Of a stretch of DNA of 64,000 nt, positions 27,564 to 38,066 are shown in pieces. Every line of letters starts with the position of its first letter. Within the stretch, counting starts at the first letter, position 1. The DNA comes from a virus. Position numbers and translations under genes: made by a program. The stretch covers positions 31,643-95,642 of IMG/VR virus record IMGVR_UViG_3300045988_113959. One strand, written 5' to 3'. The notes below the pieces were generated by a model, which was not told the origin of the DNA, ran no database searches, and was given only the letters and a program-made list of their open reading frames with translations.

Positions 27564-30500
27564 ATGTTTTGTCCATATTATAAAAATAAAGAAGTGTTTG
27601 ATGGCTTTAATAGTATGATTCAAGCATTTGGTGGACAACCTATGACGGAAGATGAATTTAAGTCGGCTAATCTAAGAAATTAGAGAGTCGGCTTAGATTT
27701 ATATGCTATGGAAGCAGCTTATAGGTTGTATGATAAAAACGGAGGATTGTTTTTAGATAAAGTTCCAAACAGTCAATCTAAAGAGAATCCAAACGGTATA
27801 GATTCCAGATTATTCTCTGATATTCTTGCTAAGAATAATGGTGATTATCTTAAGTCTATAAAAGAAAAAGCTCAATATTATTCTAAAAGGTATATTAATA
27901 CGTACGGAGATTGGCTTTCAAATAAACCAAATAAAGATTCTTATTTAGATATCAATCACGAACCAATAATGAATAATGAAAGAGCTTCGATTGCTCTATT
28001 TAGTGCTAATTAGACTTTTGGTGATGGTATTGGTAGGCATGACCCAGTAACAAGGTTATTTGCAGGAGAAGTTGTGAGTTCTACATATTTGTTACAATAT
28101 TTCCTAGATACTAATACGTTTTCTTTAAAGAATAAAATATTAGCCAAAGTTTTATCTAAGCACGATATTCCAGTAAGGATTAATAATAGTATAAATGCAG
28201 ACGCTGACAGTGTAATTGTTAAAGGTTATAGATATATACAGTTTAACGGTAATGTATTAAGAAATTATTCAAATAGATATGTAGCGAATACATTAATACA
28301 CGAGATTGTGCATCAATTAACAACTGGTGCATTACGTAATCCACAAACTAAAGAAGAAAAGGATTTATAGAGAAATGTGAAAAAGTTTTATAACTATATA
28401 AACAAACACTTTAAAGAGTTTTCTTCTATATTTAGCGACGTGGATGGTGCATTGTACGCTATGGAAGATGAGTTTGAATTTGTTGCAGAATTAGCATCAG
28501 ATGAATATACTAGAGAGCAAGTTTATAAAGTAGCAAAATTAATAGACAATAATAAAAATATTGTTATACGAACACTTAATAATATAATAAACGCAATATC
28601 AAAAATACTTGTTGGTAGAAGTGTAGTAGGTAGTGTTAAAGAGTTTGATAAGCTTAGTAAGTAGGTTGAAGATTTTTTAATGTCAAGAAATGTAATTGTT
28701 AATAAAGAACCTTCAAATTAGGAAGTTATAAATTATTATGATGATATAATGAAAAATGCATCTGATTATGATATGGCTGGTGAAAACATTATTCATCTTA
28801 ATAAAGCTGTAGACTATATAGATAGACATTATAAAAAATCATCTAACAATAGTGATACTTATTATCAAAATATACAAAATTCACTATCTGTTAGACTTAA
28901 TGCAATTAGAACATCAAGTTTAGACGCATCGAAGAAAGCTAATCTAATCAACTCAACACAATCTTAGATAGACTTGTTTACAATATCAACTATATCTCAA
29001 TATGATGCCATTACATCGTTTTTGAGACAGGTTGTACCACAATTAATACAAGATAAACAAGAAATCTTCGATATTTATTACAAGCATAAAAGTTTTACAT
29101 CTAATGATTATATGTTTCAAATGCATAGCAATATAAAAATGTATGACTCAATCGTTGAACAACTTCAACTCATGCTTAGTGAAGATGGTAACATTCAACA
29201 AATTGTAGACTTATATAACAAGGGAAAAATTGACAAAGATAAAATATCAGTAGATGATTTACTAAATGTTAAACAAGATGTTGATAATTTGTCATCAGTA
29301 ACTACAGCTGCTAAGGCTGTATTAGACCACATGTTAGATTCTATAAGCTACGATAAAATGAAGGATGTATCAGAATCTGTTGGTGCGAGAGAAGGTGTTA
29401 AATATGCAGACTCTTTTGTAATGCATGAGATTATCAATGATGATATAAGTGTTAGACAGTTGTATGCTGGAGCGTCAGATTCATCAACAAATGAGGCTAT
29501 TAGAGCAATATCTCATATGGTAAATAAAGCTATAGAGAATGCTGATAATGACGCAATACCAGTTGGTTTAGCTATGCTTAATGCTGTTAAGAATCTTAAG
29601 CGTGGTGAGTCTCAATTATAGTTATATGAGTTAGATGAAAATGGTCAAACTACAGGTTATCTTGTAAGAAATTTAAATTATGGTAAATTCTGGAAAAATT
29701 ACGATAATGCATTGAAAGATATAAATAGAGCCGTTACTAAAAAATTTAGTAAAGATGGTCTTATATTAAAAGATGATAATAGATTTCCACCAGATTAGAA
29801 TGATGATGCAAGAATTATGTGGAATAATATGAGAAATAAATGGCTTGCAGAAAATTCTCATAGAAAATATACTCCAGAGTATTATAAAATATAGTCAGAG
29901 GTTCCATATTCTGCAAGAAAAGCATTAGACCAATATGATTCTCAAATACAGTCGTTATTATCTAAACAGGGTGTTATAGATGAGAATGGTATAAAACATT
30001 TCGATAAGCTAACAGATGAAGAATGGGACCGTTTAAAGTCAGCTTGGAGAGACAAAGCAATGCTGTATGAGGATTATACTATATTTGGTGTTTTAAAGAC
30101 CGGAGAAGAGCTTAAAATAGCTCGCTCACTACAAGACTTCAGAAAGAAATTAAACGACTATAGAGAGAAGAAAACAGGTAAGAAATTCGACCCTGTTTAT
30201 GACCAAAAAGGTTGGCAAAAACAATTTGATAAGATAGTTGAAGAATGTGGCGGTAAAAAAGCGTTCAACAAGTGGATGCAAGATGGTTACAGTTCTAAGT
30301 TTGACGATTAGAAATTCCTTAAGTGGGCAAGAAGAAACGCAAGACTTCAGTTTAAGAAAGATGAAGATGGTAATGCAATAGTATTTGAGAAAATAAAAGA
30401 AGCTATGCGTGGAATTTCAATTGACTTTGGAAAAGAATACGATGAGCTTAAAGAAAAGAGACAAGCATTACTTAGACCGCATAAAGACCAATATGGTGAA

Positions 30501-33236
30501 ATTGATGGTAATAATATACCAGAATCAGTAAGGAATATATTAATGGATATAAAATCTTAGATGCGAGATATTCGCAATAAAGTTTTATCTGAAAATCAAC
30601 AAATATCAAAACTATATTATAAGTATTCTGAGCTTATGGACGAATATATAACCAGAGAGAATACAGAATACTATAATGATGTAGAAAGGTCTATAGATGA
30701 TATGCTTCTTGAAGATGAAATAGACGACCCTGGTGTAAGATATGCAATGCTTCTTGACTATGGCTATGACCCAGATGATACTGGAGAGTTTATACAACCA
30801 GATGACTGGTGGGTTAAAACTGTAGCTACAGATAAACTTGAGTATATGGAGTTTACACCTGGAAAAGGTTGGATGTTACAACAAGACGAATCTGTATTCC
30901 TTGACAAAGAGTATGAAAAACTATCTAAGGAAGAAGGAAATAATAGTTCGTTTATACCGAAAAAGAGTCTGTATGATAACTCCCGCGCGTTTGAAAAGAT
31001 AAAAAACTCTGAGGGTTTATATAATTTATATAATCTAACATTAGAGTATATGAAAAAATCAAACGAAATGTAGACTAATAGAATGTTTACAGATGATTAT
31101 CTTTTACCACAGATGCAAGGTTCTTTATGGAAGAGATTAAAAAGAAGTAGAACTAAATGGGCTACATTTATTGAATGGTTTAAAGAATAGATTGGTATAT
31201 CTCAAAGTATTGATGATAGTATCCAATACGGAGAGTCTTCTGCATTGGATGAGAATAGTAATGAGTATGGTAATAAAGAAGTATCAAATATTGGTAAATA
31301 CCCAGATGGTCGTAGATTTAATATACTACCACAGTATTACACAAGAAAGCTATAGGACCCGTCACAATTGTCATCTGATTTAGTTAAAATGATAACAACT
31401 TATTATAACATGTCTTCATTATATAAATATAAATCTGAAATTAAAGACGATGTTGAAAGCTTAATAGATGCTATAGGTAAATAGAAGTTTGCTCAAGATT
31501 ATGCACAATTTTCTACTAAAAAAACAACTGTAGATGGAATAAACTCAAAGACATTTGAATTTATTAATAAGTGGGTTGAAATGAATCTGTATGATAAAGC
31601 AAGACTCAAATTTAATTTCAATAAATGGGGTTTAAATATAAACTTTGATAAGACTTTACAATTATCAAGGAGATATATCACAGCTAGAAACTTAGGACTT
31701 AATCCAAAAGTTGCTGTAGTTGGATTCTTAACAACTATGTATAACCATATAGCTTACACACTAACTGGTCAAAGATATAGCGCTAAAGAAACTTTAGCTT
31801 CTATGCTCGATATAGCTTCAAGAACACTATTCAAACATTTACTTGGAGCTAGAACTATAGGTAATCCATATACTAAAGATAAAATGCTTGTCATAATGAG
31901 TAATTTTGGTATGGCTAATCAGTGGGATAACACTATAAGTCATACGAATAGAAATAGGTTTATACAATCTGCATTTAAACAGTCTATATATGGATTTATG
32001 TCTACCACCGATATATTAACTAAACAATAGATAGCGCAATCAACTCTTAGAGCTCACCATTATGTAGATGGAGAATTTTTAACAAAGTATGACATAAGAA
32101 TGCGTCGTGTTAAAAATGGCGAAGATTGGTTTAATAACGCTATGAAGCAATATAATAAAAATAAATCTTTATGGGATTTAATTGACACTTCAACAGGTTA
32201 GATAAAAATAACTGGCGATAATCAAGATTATAAAGCTGCTTATAAAAAGAGTGAATTTAAAATTAAAAATAGATGTGTTAAATATGCAGAAGAAGCCGAC
32301 GGTATGGCTACACCATTACAAAGAGCTTTACTTGTACGTAGTTGGGCTGGTGTTCTTGTAATGCTTCATAGGCAATATTTTCCACTACTACTTGATAAGT
32401 ATTTTGGTAAAAGAGTGTATGATTATGATATGTAGGAGTACAAAAACGGTCTACATAGAAATATATTTAATTTACTTTCATCTTTAACAGGTCATAATAT
32501 TGTTACAAGTGGACTTATATGGGGTAGTGTTGGAACTTTGTTCTTAGGTCCTGTATTAGGCGGTGGTATTGGGACTGTTGCTGGTATTATTAGTCATATA
32601 CACACACGCAATAAGAATAAAGCTAATGGTGTAAAATCAAAAGGAGTTATAAAAGCATTTAAAGACTTTATAGATGATAAGTCGTCTGATGAAGCATATG
32701 TTAAATCTCTATCAAACAAATATCAACTAAAACAGACTGCTTCTGAAATTGCACTTTATATTGGAATAAGCTAGCTTTCAGCTTTAGCTACAGCTTATGC
32801 AAAAGCATCTGACGATGATGACGCTTGGTGGAAGTATATGTTAGCGTATTGGTTAGAGGCATTTAAATGGGAAGCTTTCAACCCGTATAGAATTGACGAT
32901 ATTTCAAATAACTTCAAAACTGTATCAGCAGCAACATCTATATCCGACGCGTTTAGTGATATTGGTCAAGGTGCAGCATCTGGAATAATGAATAGATTTT
33001 TCCCAAGAATATCAATGCTATATGACCCGTCACTTATGTAGAATATTGGAGACGATGCAGAAGATTATTTCACAACACCATTAGGGTCTCGTTCTCGTAC
33101 ATATGAAGGTTATTCAAAAGCATTTAGAGATATAATGAAAGCAACACCTTTCCATAGTATACCTGAACAAATACATGATTCTAAATCTAAATTAAACTAC
33201 CTTAAAACACAGATAGAAAAGGAACATATTAATTAA
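27564..33236 (+). CDS. large virion/ejection-type protein (1,890 codons, about 20 in-frame TAG) with HExxH motif and C-terminal glycine-zipper segment
   Basis: ATG 27564 lies 4 nt after the upstream TAA-TAA. Tracked ORFs 27708 to 32838 share its frame, and the gaps hold only TAG. Ends at TAA-TAA-TAA 33234-33242. Contains HEIVH at 28299-28313 and LGPVLGGGIGTVAGII near 32545. Confidence 0.85.
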
Positions 33237-33638
33237 TAATAAAAATAAAACCCGACTACTCTCACGAGCGGTCGGGTTTCTTTGTGTTATGAATGTATTG
33301 TAAGTATTAATTTCTTTATCAGTTATACTATACTCGTTAGCTTTTAGTAAATACATTATTCTATTAACATATTTTTTATTTGCTAAAAAAGACAATGTAA
33401 AATACCCTCCATCTATAGAAGATGATATATAATTTTCTTCAAGTTTAGCTAACCAATAAAGATTTTTAATGTCTTTCTTATTTTTAATTTTATACCTCAG
33501 TTTGTAAATTACACTTTCTGCGTTAAGAGTAACTTTAACTCCTACAAAGCAGTGATAATTTACCAAACTGGGGTATTTTAGTATATGCGGAATTGTAATC
33601 AACTCTCGATTAAATTGCAAACTCTTGAACGATTTCAT
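33192..33638 (-). CDS. hypothetical protein (148 aa); its C-terminal part runs through the terminator hairpin
   Basis: Tracked ORF, last gene of the minus arm. The final ~45 nt overlap the end of the plus-arm gene, and the terminator stem is inside the ORF. Confidence 0.45.
   Translation of the reverse strand: MKSFKSLQFNRELITIPHILKYPSLVNYHCFVGVKVTLNAESVIYKLRYKIKNKKDIKNLYWLAKLEENYISSSIDGGYFTLSFLANKKYVNRIMYLLKANEYSITDKEINTYNTFITQRNPTARESSRVLFLLLINMFLFYLCFKVV
33248..33279. terminator. bidirectional intrinsic terminator at the junction of the convergent arms
   Basis: aaacccgac (33248-33256) pairs with gtcgggttt (33271-33279). It is flanked by an A-rich run upstream and tttctttgtgtt downstream, so it reads as hairpin plus U-run on both strands. 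Confidence 0.7.
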
Positions 33639-33837
33639 CTACCAAACTTTCGTTTGCTTGTTCATCTTCAAACATACATTCAGCTTCTATTTCTGAGGCT
33701 AATTCTTGTATATCTACATCCTCATTAAACATTTCAATTTCAATTTCAGCAGCTGTTTCGTTTGCAAGATTTTCTTCTTGAGTATCCATTACTTCAAGCT
33801 CTACAATACTCTCTTCAATATTATAATTCTGACTCAT
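33610..33837 (-). CDS. small highly acidic protein (75 aa)
   Basis: Tracked ORF, very rich in E and D (EESIVELEVMDTQEENLANETAAEIEIEMFNEDVDIQELASEIEAE...) with no basic patch. Confidence 0.6.
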   Translation of the reverse strand: MSQNYNIEESIVELEVMDTQEENLANETAAEIEIEMFNEDVDIQELASEIEAECMFEDEQANESLVDEIVQEFAI

Positions 33838-33849
33838 AGGTTCTAATTA

Positions 33850-34830
33850 TTATAGGTTTAACTTTTCAGCACCATTGCCTTTATAATAACATATAGTATG
33901 TTCCCATAGATTATTATCTTGGTGCCAACGTATATCTTTTAAAGCTTGTACTATAGTTTCTTTTCTACTATATACCTGCTCTTCTGTAAATTCAAAAACA
34001 CGTACTTGATTAGTACCTGTTGTATCTATAGCGATAATATACCACTCAAACTCCCATTCTGTAGAGTCTTGTTTCAACTCTTCATCTATGTACCATTTAA
34101 GTGCTTGCGTATAGAAACATAGTTGTCTAAGGTAATCATACTGATTCATTGAATCTTCAAACCTACCTATATGTACAGTGGTTTTTATATCCATTAATGT
34201 ACATATCTTATCTCTAAAGTTAAAATGACAGCTATCAAGTAAAGATTTACACCTAACATCACACAACTCCCAATTTATATGGAACTCATGATGTAGTTCA
34301 TCTTCTTGTCCAATATACTCATTCTTAAGTAGCTTGGACGCTAGTTTGTGTTTTTGTATATTCTCTGAAATAGACACAAGCTGATTTGCTTGGTATGGAG
34401 TAATAATAATACGATTATCATTAGTCTTCAACCAATCTATATAAGAACTATACTCCTCAGCCATTTTAAGCCCTTTTGAGAGCACTAAATCATCTGACTT
34501 AGGTAAATTCTTATACGACGCGCGATATGCGCTTAAAACGGCTTTATTTGGCTCTATTTCAACGCTTTTTGCTACTTCCTGACAGAACTTCTCTTGCTGT
34601 TCAGAAGAAGGTCTACTTTCGTTAAAAACAACATAGTGTTTATTAAACTCTTCAGGCTGGAGTAGATACTCATGTATCATAGTTCCACGAGCTAATTGAG
34701 CTCCTGTTTCTCCTTCAGCATCTCCAGTTAGCATAGCATGTAAAAAGGCTGGTCCCTTGTTTAGAAACCAGCCTATGTTTGAGTTGCTTATACGATTTTT
34801 GTCCTCGTAATATGGTACTGTTATATCCAT
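33850..34830 (-). CDS. PD-(D/E)XK family (RecB/Cas4-like) exonuclease
   Basis: 326 aa. Has MDIKTT (D/ExK) followed by a QLCFY (QxxxY) motif typical of RecB-family nucleases. Its start overlaps the upstream stop. Confidence 0.6.
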   Translation of the reverse strand: MDITVPYYEDKNRISNSNIGWFLNKGPAFLHAMLTGDAEGETGAQLARGTMIHEYLLQPEEFNKHYVVFNESRPSSEQQEKFCQEVAKSVEIEPNKAVLSAYRASYKNLPKSDDLVLSKGLKMAEEYSSYIDWLKTNDNRIIITPYQANQLVSISENIQKHKLASKLLKNEYIGQEDELHHEFHINWELCDVRCKSLLDSCHFNFRDKICTLMDIKTTVHIGRFEDSMNQYDYLRQLCFYTQALKWYIDEELKQDSTEWEFEWYIIAIDTTGTNQVRVFEFTEEQVYSRKETIVQALKDIRWHQDNNLWEHTICYYKGNGAEKLNL

Positions 34831-35621
34831 TACTTGCTAATCAAGTTCATATCGTTAAACAACTCTTCAAATGTATCATCTGGGTTTTCATTAACCTCTA
34901 CAATAAACGAATAAACGTTATCAAAGCTAATACATTTAAAGGTTGATGTTATAAAATCCATTAGCGGTTTGATATTGTCTTTATTGCTTAGTTTTTCAGA
35001 AAGCATCTCTTGTATTATAGATGTATTCATTTCTTCAAATTGTTTCCAATATCTTACTCTAGAACATCTATCTACCATGAATTTATTTATACTAGATTCA
35101 TCATTACAAGTAAATAATATCAATTTCTTTCCAGATTCTCCAACACCATCTAATATGTTTAGTAAGAAGCTGTCATCGTACTTACTTCCAAACTTATCAA
35201 CTTCATCAAATATTAGACATACTTCTATATCATAAATATTATTAATTAAATTAACAAGACGTTTAGAAGATAAATTCTTACTTACAATTATAATTGGTAA
35301 TTTAGAAGTAACAGCAATCTGCTTAGCGGTAATTGTTTTACCAGAACCTTTCAATCCAGATAGCATTACACCAGTAACTCCATCTTTTGAATTATTATAA
35401 TGATTTAATACTTTATTAATAAACTTATCATCTTCTTCAGTATGATAAATTTTATCTGGGAGTGTTAAATTTGGTAATTCGTTAAAGACAATCTCTTCTA
35501 AATACTCGTCCCATCTTACACTATAAACGCAACCTCCTATTAGGTCATATGCATTACCGCGTGGTTCTTTATAAAGCATTATAGAATCACCTAACTTTCT
35601 AAATTTACTTTGTTTTTCCAT
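34830..35621 (-). CDS. AAA+/P-loop ATPase
   Basis: Walker A is GLKGSGKT and Walker B is CLIFDEVDK. Confidence 0.65.
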   Translation of the reverse strand: MEKQSKFRKLGDSIMLYKEPRGNAYDLIGGCVYSVRWDEYLEEIVFNELPNLTLPDKIYHTEEDDKFINKVLNHYNNSKDGVTGVMLSGLKGSGKTITAKQIAVTSKLPIIIVSKNLSSKRLVNLINNIYDIEVCLIFDEVDKFGSKYDDSFLLNILDGVGESGKKLILFTCNDESSINKFMVDRCSRVRYWKQFEEMNTSIIQEMLSEKLSNKDNIKPLMDFITSTFKCISFDNVYSFIVEVNENPDDTFEELFNDMNLISK

Positions 35622-36006
35622 GTTTCTTTTGACTTAAAAGTTCTTGAATCATTTCGTCTACTTGCTTATGATTTCTCACAAGGTAACACTTTATTTTACT
35701 TCTGTGTTTCTTCAAGTAGTATTTAAATAGCTTCCACCTTAACGGAAAGCTATCTCCCATCAGTCCTTTACATTCTACGATAAATCCATTACCTATAAAA
35801 TCAGGTAAGTATGTCATAGCTCGTATTTTCTCCTGCTGGTACTCGAATTTTGGTAAAAGTTCAAAATGCTTTGGCTCATATTTAACTGGTATACCAGCAT
35901 TCATAAAAGCTTCATAAGTATAGCATTCGAGTTTACTACGAAAATGTAGACCATACTTATCGACCTTAGTCGCATTTCTTACTTTTCCTTTAGATTTTTG
36001 TGGCAT
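35605..36006 (-). CDS. T7 endonuclease I-like Holliday-junction resolvase (PD-(D/E)XK)
   Basis: FRSKLECYTYEAF..GIPVKYEP...TYLPDFIGNGFIVECKG parallels the T7 gp3 pattern FRSGLE...YTPDF...FVETKG. Confidence 0.65.
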   Translation of the reverse strand: MPQKSKGKVRNATKVDKYGLHFRSKLECYTYEAFMNAGIPVKYEPKHFELLPKFEYQQEKIRAMTYLPDFIGNGFIVECKGLMGDSFPLRWKLFKYYLKKHRSKIKCYLVRNHKQVDEMIQELLSQKKHGKTK

Positions 36007-36229
36007 ACTTTACATAGGTTACACCGTTTTTATTAAGAGCAAATCCAGCATCGAGTAATTCTTTGCCATCTTTGTCATAAACGGTTATAAATTCTGTATT
36101 ATTGCCTTTAATGTAACGTATGTAGCCATTCTTTGTTTTAATTATAGGTATACTTCTTATACTATATGCATACCCTAAAAGACCACCAAGTAGTCCACAA
36201 AGCAACGACAGAATCAATGTTTCAATCAT
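35990..36229 (-). CDS. small membrane protein
   Basis: 79 aa with an N-terminal hydrophobic helix (LILSLLCGLLGGLLGYAY). Translationally coupled to its neighbours. Confidence 0.5.
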   Translation of the reverse strand: MIETLILSLLCGLLGGLLGYAYSIRSIPIIKTKNGYIRYIKGNNTEFITVYDKDGKELLDAGFALNKNGVTYVKYATKI

Positions 36230-37202
36230 ACTTATTTAATGTTTTACAAAGCCATTCTTTAACTGTATTAAAATTATTCATCTTAACAGCATCAGATATG
36301 TCTTTTGAATTAAACTTCTTATGAACGAAAAAAGCATCAAGTTTATACTCTTTACTATAATTTCTAGCTCTAAACATTCCTGTCTTATCCCTATCATATA
36401 ATATTAATATGTGATTCCATTTCTTTTTTAATTCTTCTAAAACAGAATCTGGAATAAATGTTGTTTCACTTGAAGCTGATATAGCATAATAACCCATCTC
36501 ATATAACGTCATAACGTCTTTTAATGATTTAGTAATAATCAAGAGATTACCTCCATCCTCAGGCAACTCAGCTAATCCCTGAACGTACTCACTTGTCATG
36601 TTTGTACGCCATTTAGTAAACTTGGATGCTAGTGGTCTATAGATTTTAAATCTATCATAAACCTTATATGCATACATAGGATTAGTTTCTTTGTAGGTTC
36701 CTCTGACGACTCTATTACAAAGAAAGTATTTTATGCTAAACACTTGATACTTCTTTAATGTATCAAGTGATATATGGAATTGCTTCCAATATTTTTTATC
36801 TATATCTGTGAACGGTTGTCTAACAATTCCTATTTCCTGAAATGGTACTGTACTTAGTTTATGGGTATAAGCCTCTTGTTTCATTATCATGTTAGGATTC
36901 ATTCTACGAACTATTCTCAGTAATTCTTTCTCAAGCTCTTCTCTAGTATCTATTTTACGAATAAGTTTAACAAATTTAAGAGCATTACCTCCTTCACCTG
37001 TTCCGTGGTCTTTAAAGAATAAACCACCTCCTTTACCGTAAAATATAGCAAAAGAGGGATTCTTATCATCATTTCTTAATGGGCTATTGATAAGTTTCCC
37101 TATTTTAATATTGCCTAGATAGTATGTATAAATACTTTTATCGTCCAACATTAACAATAAGTCTCTGAGACTCATTGTAATTGCTGTTTTCGTGTTATAC
37201 AT
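36222..37202 (-). CDS. DNA primase (DnaG-like, Toprim domain)
   Basis: NPSFAIF resembles the primase KTPSF element, without the zinc cysteines. Toprim-like LLIITKSLKDV and ILYDRDKTG are present. Confidence 0.55.
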   Translation of the reverse strand: MYNTKTAITMSLRDLLLMLDDKSIYTYYLGNIKIGKLINSPLRNDDKNPSFAIFYGKGGGLFFKDHGTGEGGNALKFVKLIRKIDTREELEKELLRIVRRMNPNMIMKQEAYTHKLSTVPFQEIGIVRQPFTDIDKKYWKQFHISLDTLKKYQVFSIKYFLCNRVVRGTYKETNPMYAYKVYDRFKIYRPLASKFTKWRTNMTSEYVQGLAELPEDGGNLLIITKSLKDVMTLYEMGYYAISASSETTFIPDSVLEELKKKWNHILILYDRDKTGMFRARNYSKEYKLDAFFVHKKFNSKDISDAVKMNNFNTVKEWLCKTLNKYD

Positions 37203-37226
37203 GACTTATAAGTTCTAAATAACTGT

Positions 37227-37268
37227 AGGTATTACGAGAATCGAACTCGTATTTATTCCAAAATACCC
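37227..37268 (-). ncRNA. acceptor/T-arm minihelix (42 nt, no D or anticodon arm)
   Basis: Reads GGGTATT-TTGGAATAAAT-ACGAG-TTCGATT-CTCGT-AATACCT. The outer stem is extendable to 9 bp. Confidence 0.4.
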
Positions 37269-37284
37269 TACATAAGTTATAAAC

Positions 37285-37503
37285 TTATGCTTCTTTTGTA
37301 ATTCTGTTGAATGCTAATTTTATAAAGCTTTCAACTCGATTGTCATCATAAAAACAATCTACATTTTCTTTAAATTGAACATCTCTAGCAACTCCATAGT
37401 TTTCATCTATGTAGTTAAACACAGCTTGTCCAATTCTCCATGACTTAGGCTTTGAATTATTTACATAATCCATAACCTCTTTTTTAAACTCTTCGTAGCT
37501 CAT
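37285..37503 (-). CDS. hypothetical protein (72 aa)
   Basis: Tracked ORF on the coding strand of this arm. Confidence 0.5.
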   Translation of the reverse strand: MSYEEFKKEVMDYVNNSKPKSWRIGQAVFNYIDENYGVARDVQFKENVDCFYDDNRVESFIKLAFNRITKEA

Positions 37504-37613
37504 ATTTTATATATTAAATTTGCGCAGGTCATGGACTCGAACCAATCCAGTGTCCTCGACACGAGCTAGCTCACCCAGCTCCCAACTTCCAGTTGACATA
37601 CCTACTATAATAG

Positions 37614-37883
37614 TTAATCACTTAACTCTTTCTCCTCTATAGAGATTACTATATAATTATAACTTTTTCCAGAAAATGATACATTAGTACCATCAAAACT
37701 ATATTCATATTCCTCGAAGTCTTTAAAGTTATTTTTAATAAATTCACTTTCTTTATTCATAACTTTCTTAGCTGAATCTAATGTTTTACATGCAGCTAAA
37801 ACTTTAGCACCTTCATCTATATCAATAAGATATCGTTCTAAGACGACAAATACTTTAATACTATTATCTTTATCCATAAACAT
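37614..37883 (-). CDS. hypothetical protein (89 aa)
   Basis: Tracked ORF. A promoter-like box sits about 10 nt upstream of its ATG. Confidence 0.55.
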   Translation of the reverse strand: MFMDKDNSIKVFVVLERYLIDIDEGAKVLAACKTLDSAKKVMNKESEFIKNNFKDFEEYEYSFDGTNVSFSGKSYNYIVISIEEKELSD

Positions 37884-37890
37884 TTATTTT

Positions 37891-37916
37891 AAAGCTATTT
37901 AAATGCGTTCTAAGGG
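37891..37916 (-). promoter_or_regulatory. promoter-like 22-nt box (minus-strand CCTTAGAACGCATTTAAATAGC)
   Basis: One of at least 8 copies of the same box. Lies about 10 nt upstream of ATG 37883. Confidence 0.45.
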
Positions 37917-37965
37917 CTTAAAGCATTTCTCATATATAAACATTCAACCTGTCTACTTTAAGCCG

Positions 37966-37986
37966 CTTAGAATGCAAATAAATATG
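37966..37986 (+). promoter_or_regulatory. promoter-like box in the opposite orientation (plus-strand CTTAGAATGCAAATAAATATG)
   Basis: Inverted partner of the 37891-37916 copy, about 50 nt away. Confidence 0.35.
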
Positions 37987-38005
37987 TACAACAGAATGAA
38001 TTTAT

Positions 38006-38062
38006 GCGGGATAAAGAGACTCGAACTCTTTACATGTTAGATATGTATACCATATATCCCCG
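38006..38062 (-). tRNA. candidate amber-suppressor tRNA (anticodon CTA), D-armless, about 56 nt
   Basis: The minus strand reads GGGGATA-TATGGTA-TACAT-ATCTAAC-ATGTA-AAGAG-TTCGAGT-CTCTT-TATCCCG. It has a 5-bp anticodon stem and a 7-nt loop with U33, CUA (plus-strand TAG at 38038-38040) and A37. The T-arm is canonical and the acceptor has 6 bp. Only a 7-nt linker replaces the D-arm. A promoter-like box ends about 5 nt upstream. Confidence 0.5.
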
Positions 38063-38066
38063 TATA

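Noticed and set aside
37504-37613. tRNA call for the ggactcgaacc T-loop-like sequence at 37533-37543 (and similarly 46178-46194, 49245-49261 and 62610-62630)
   Set aside because: I could not pair an acceptor stem or draw a 5-bp T-stem around them. They are left as unexplained T-loop-like hairpins rather than annotated genes.
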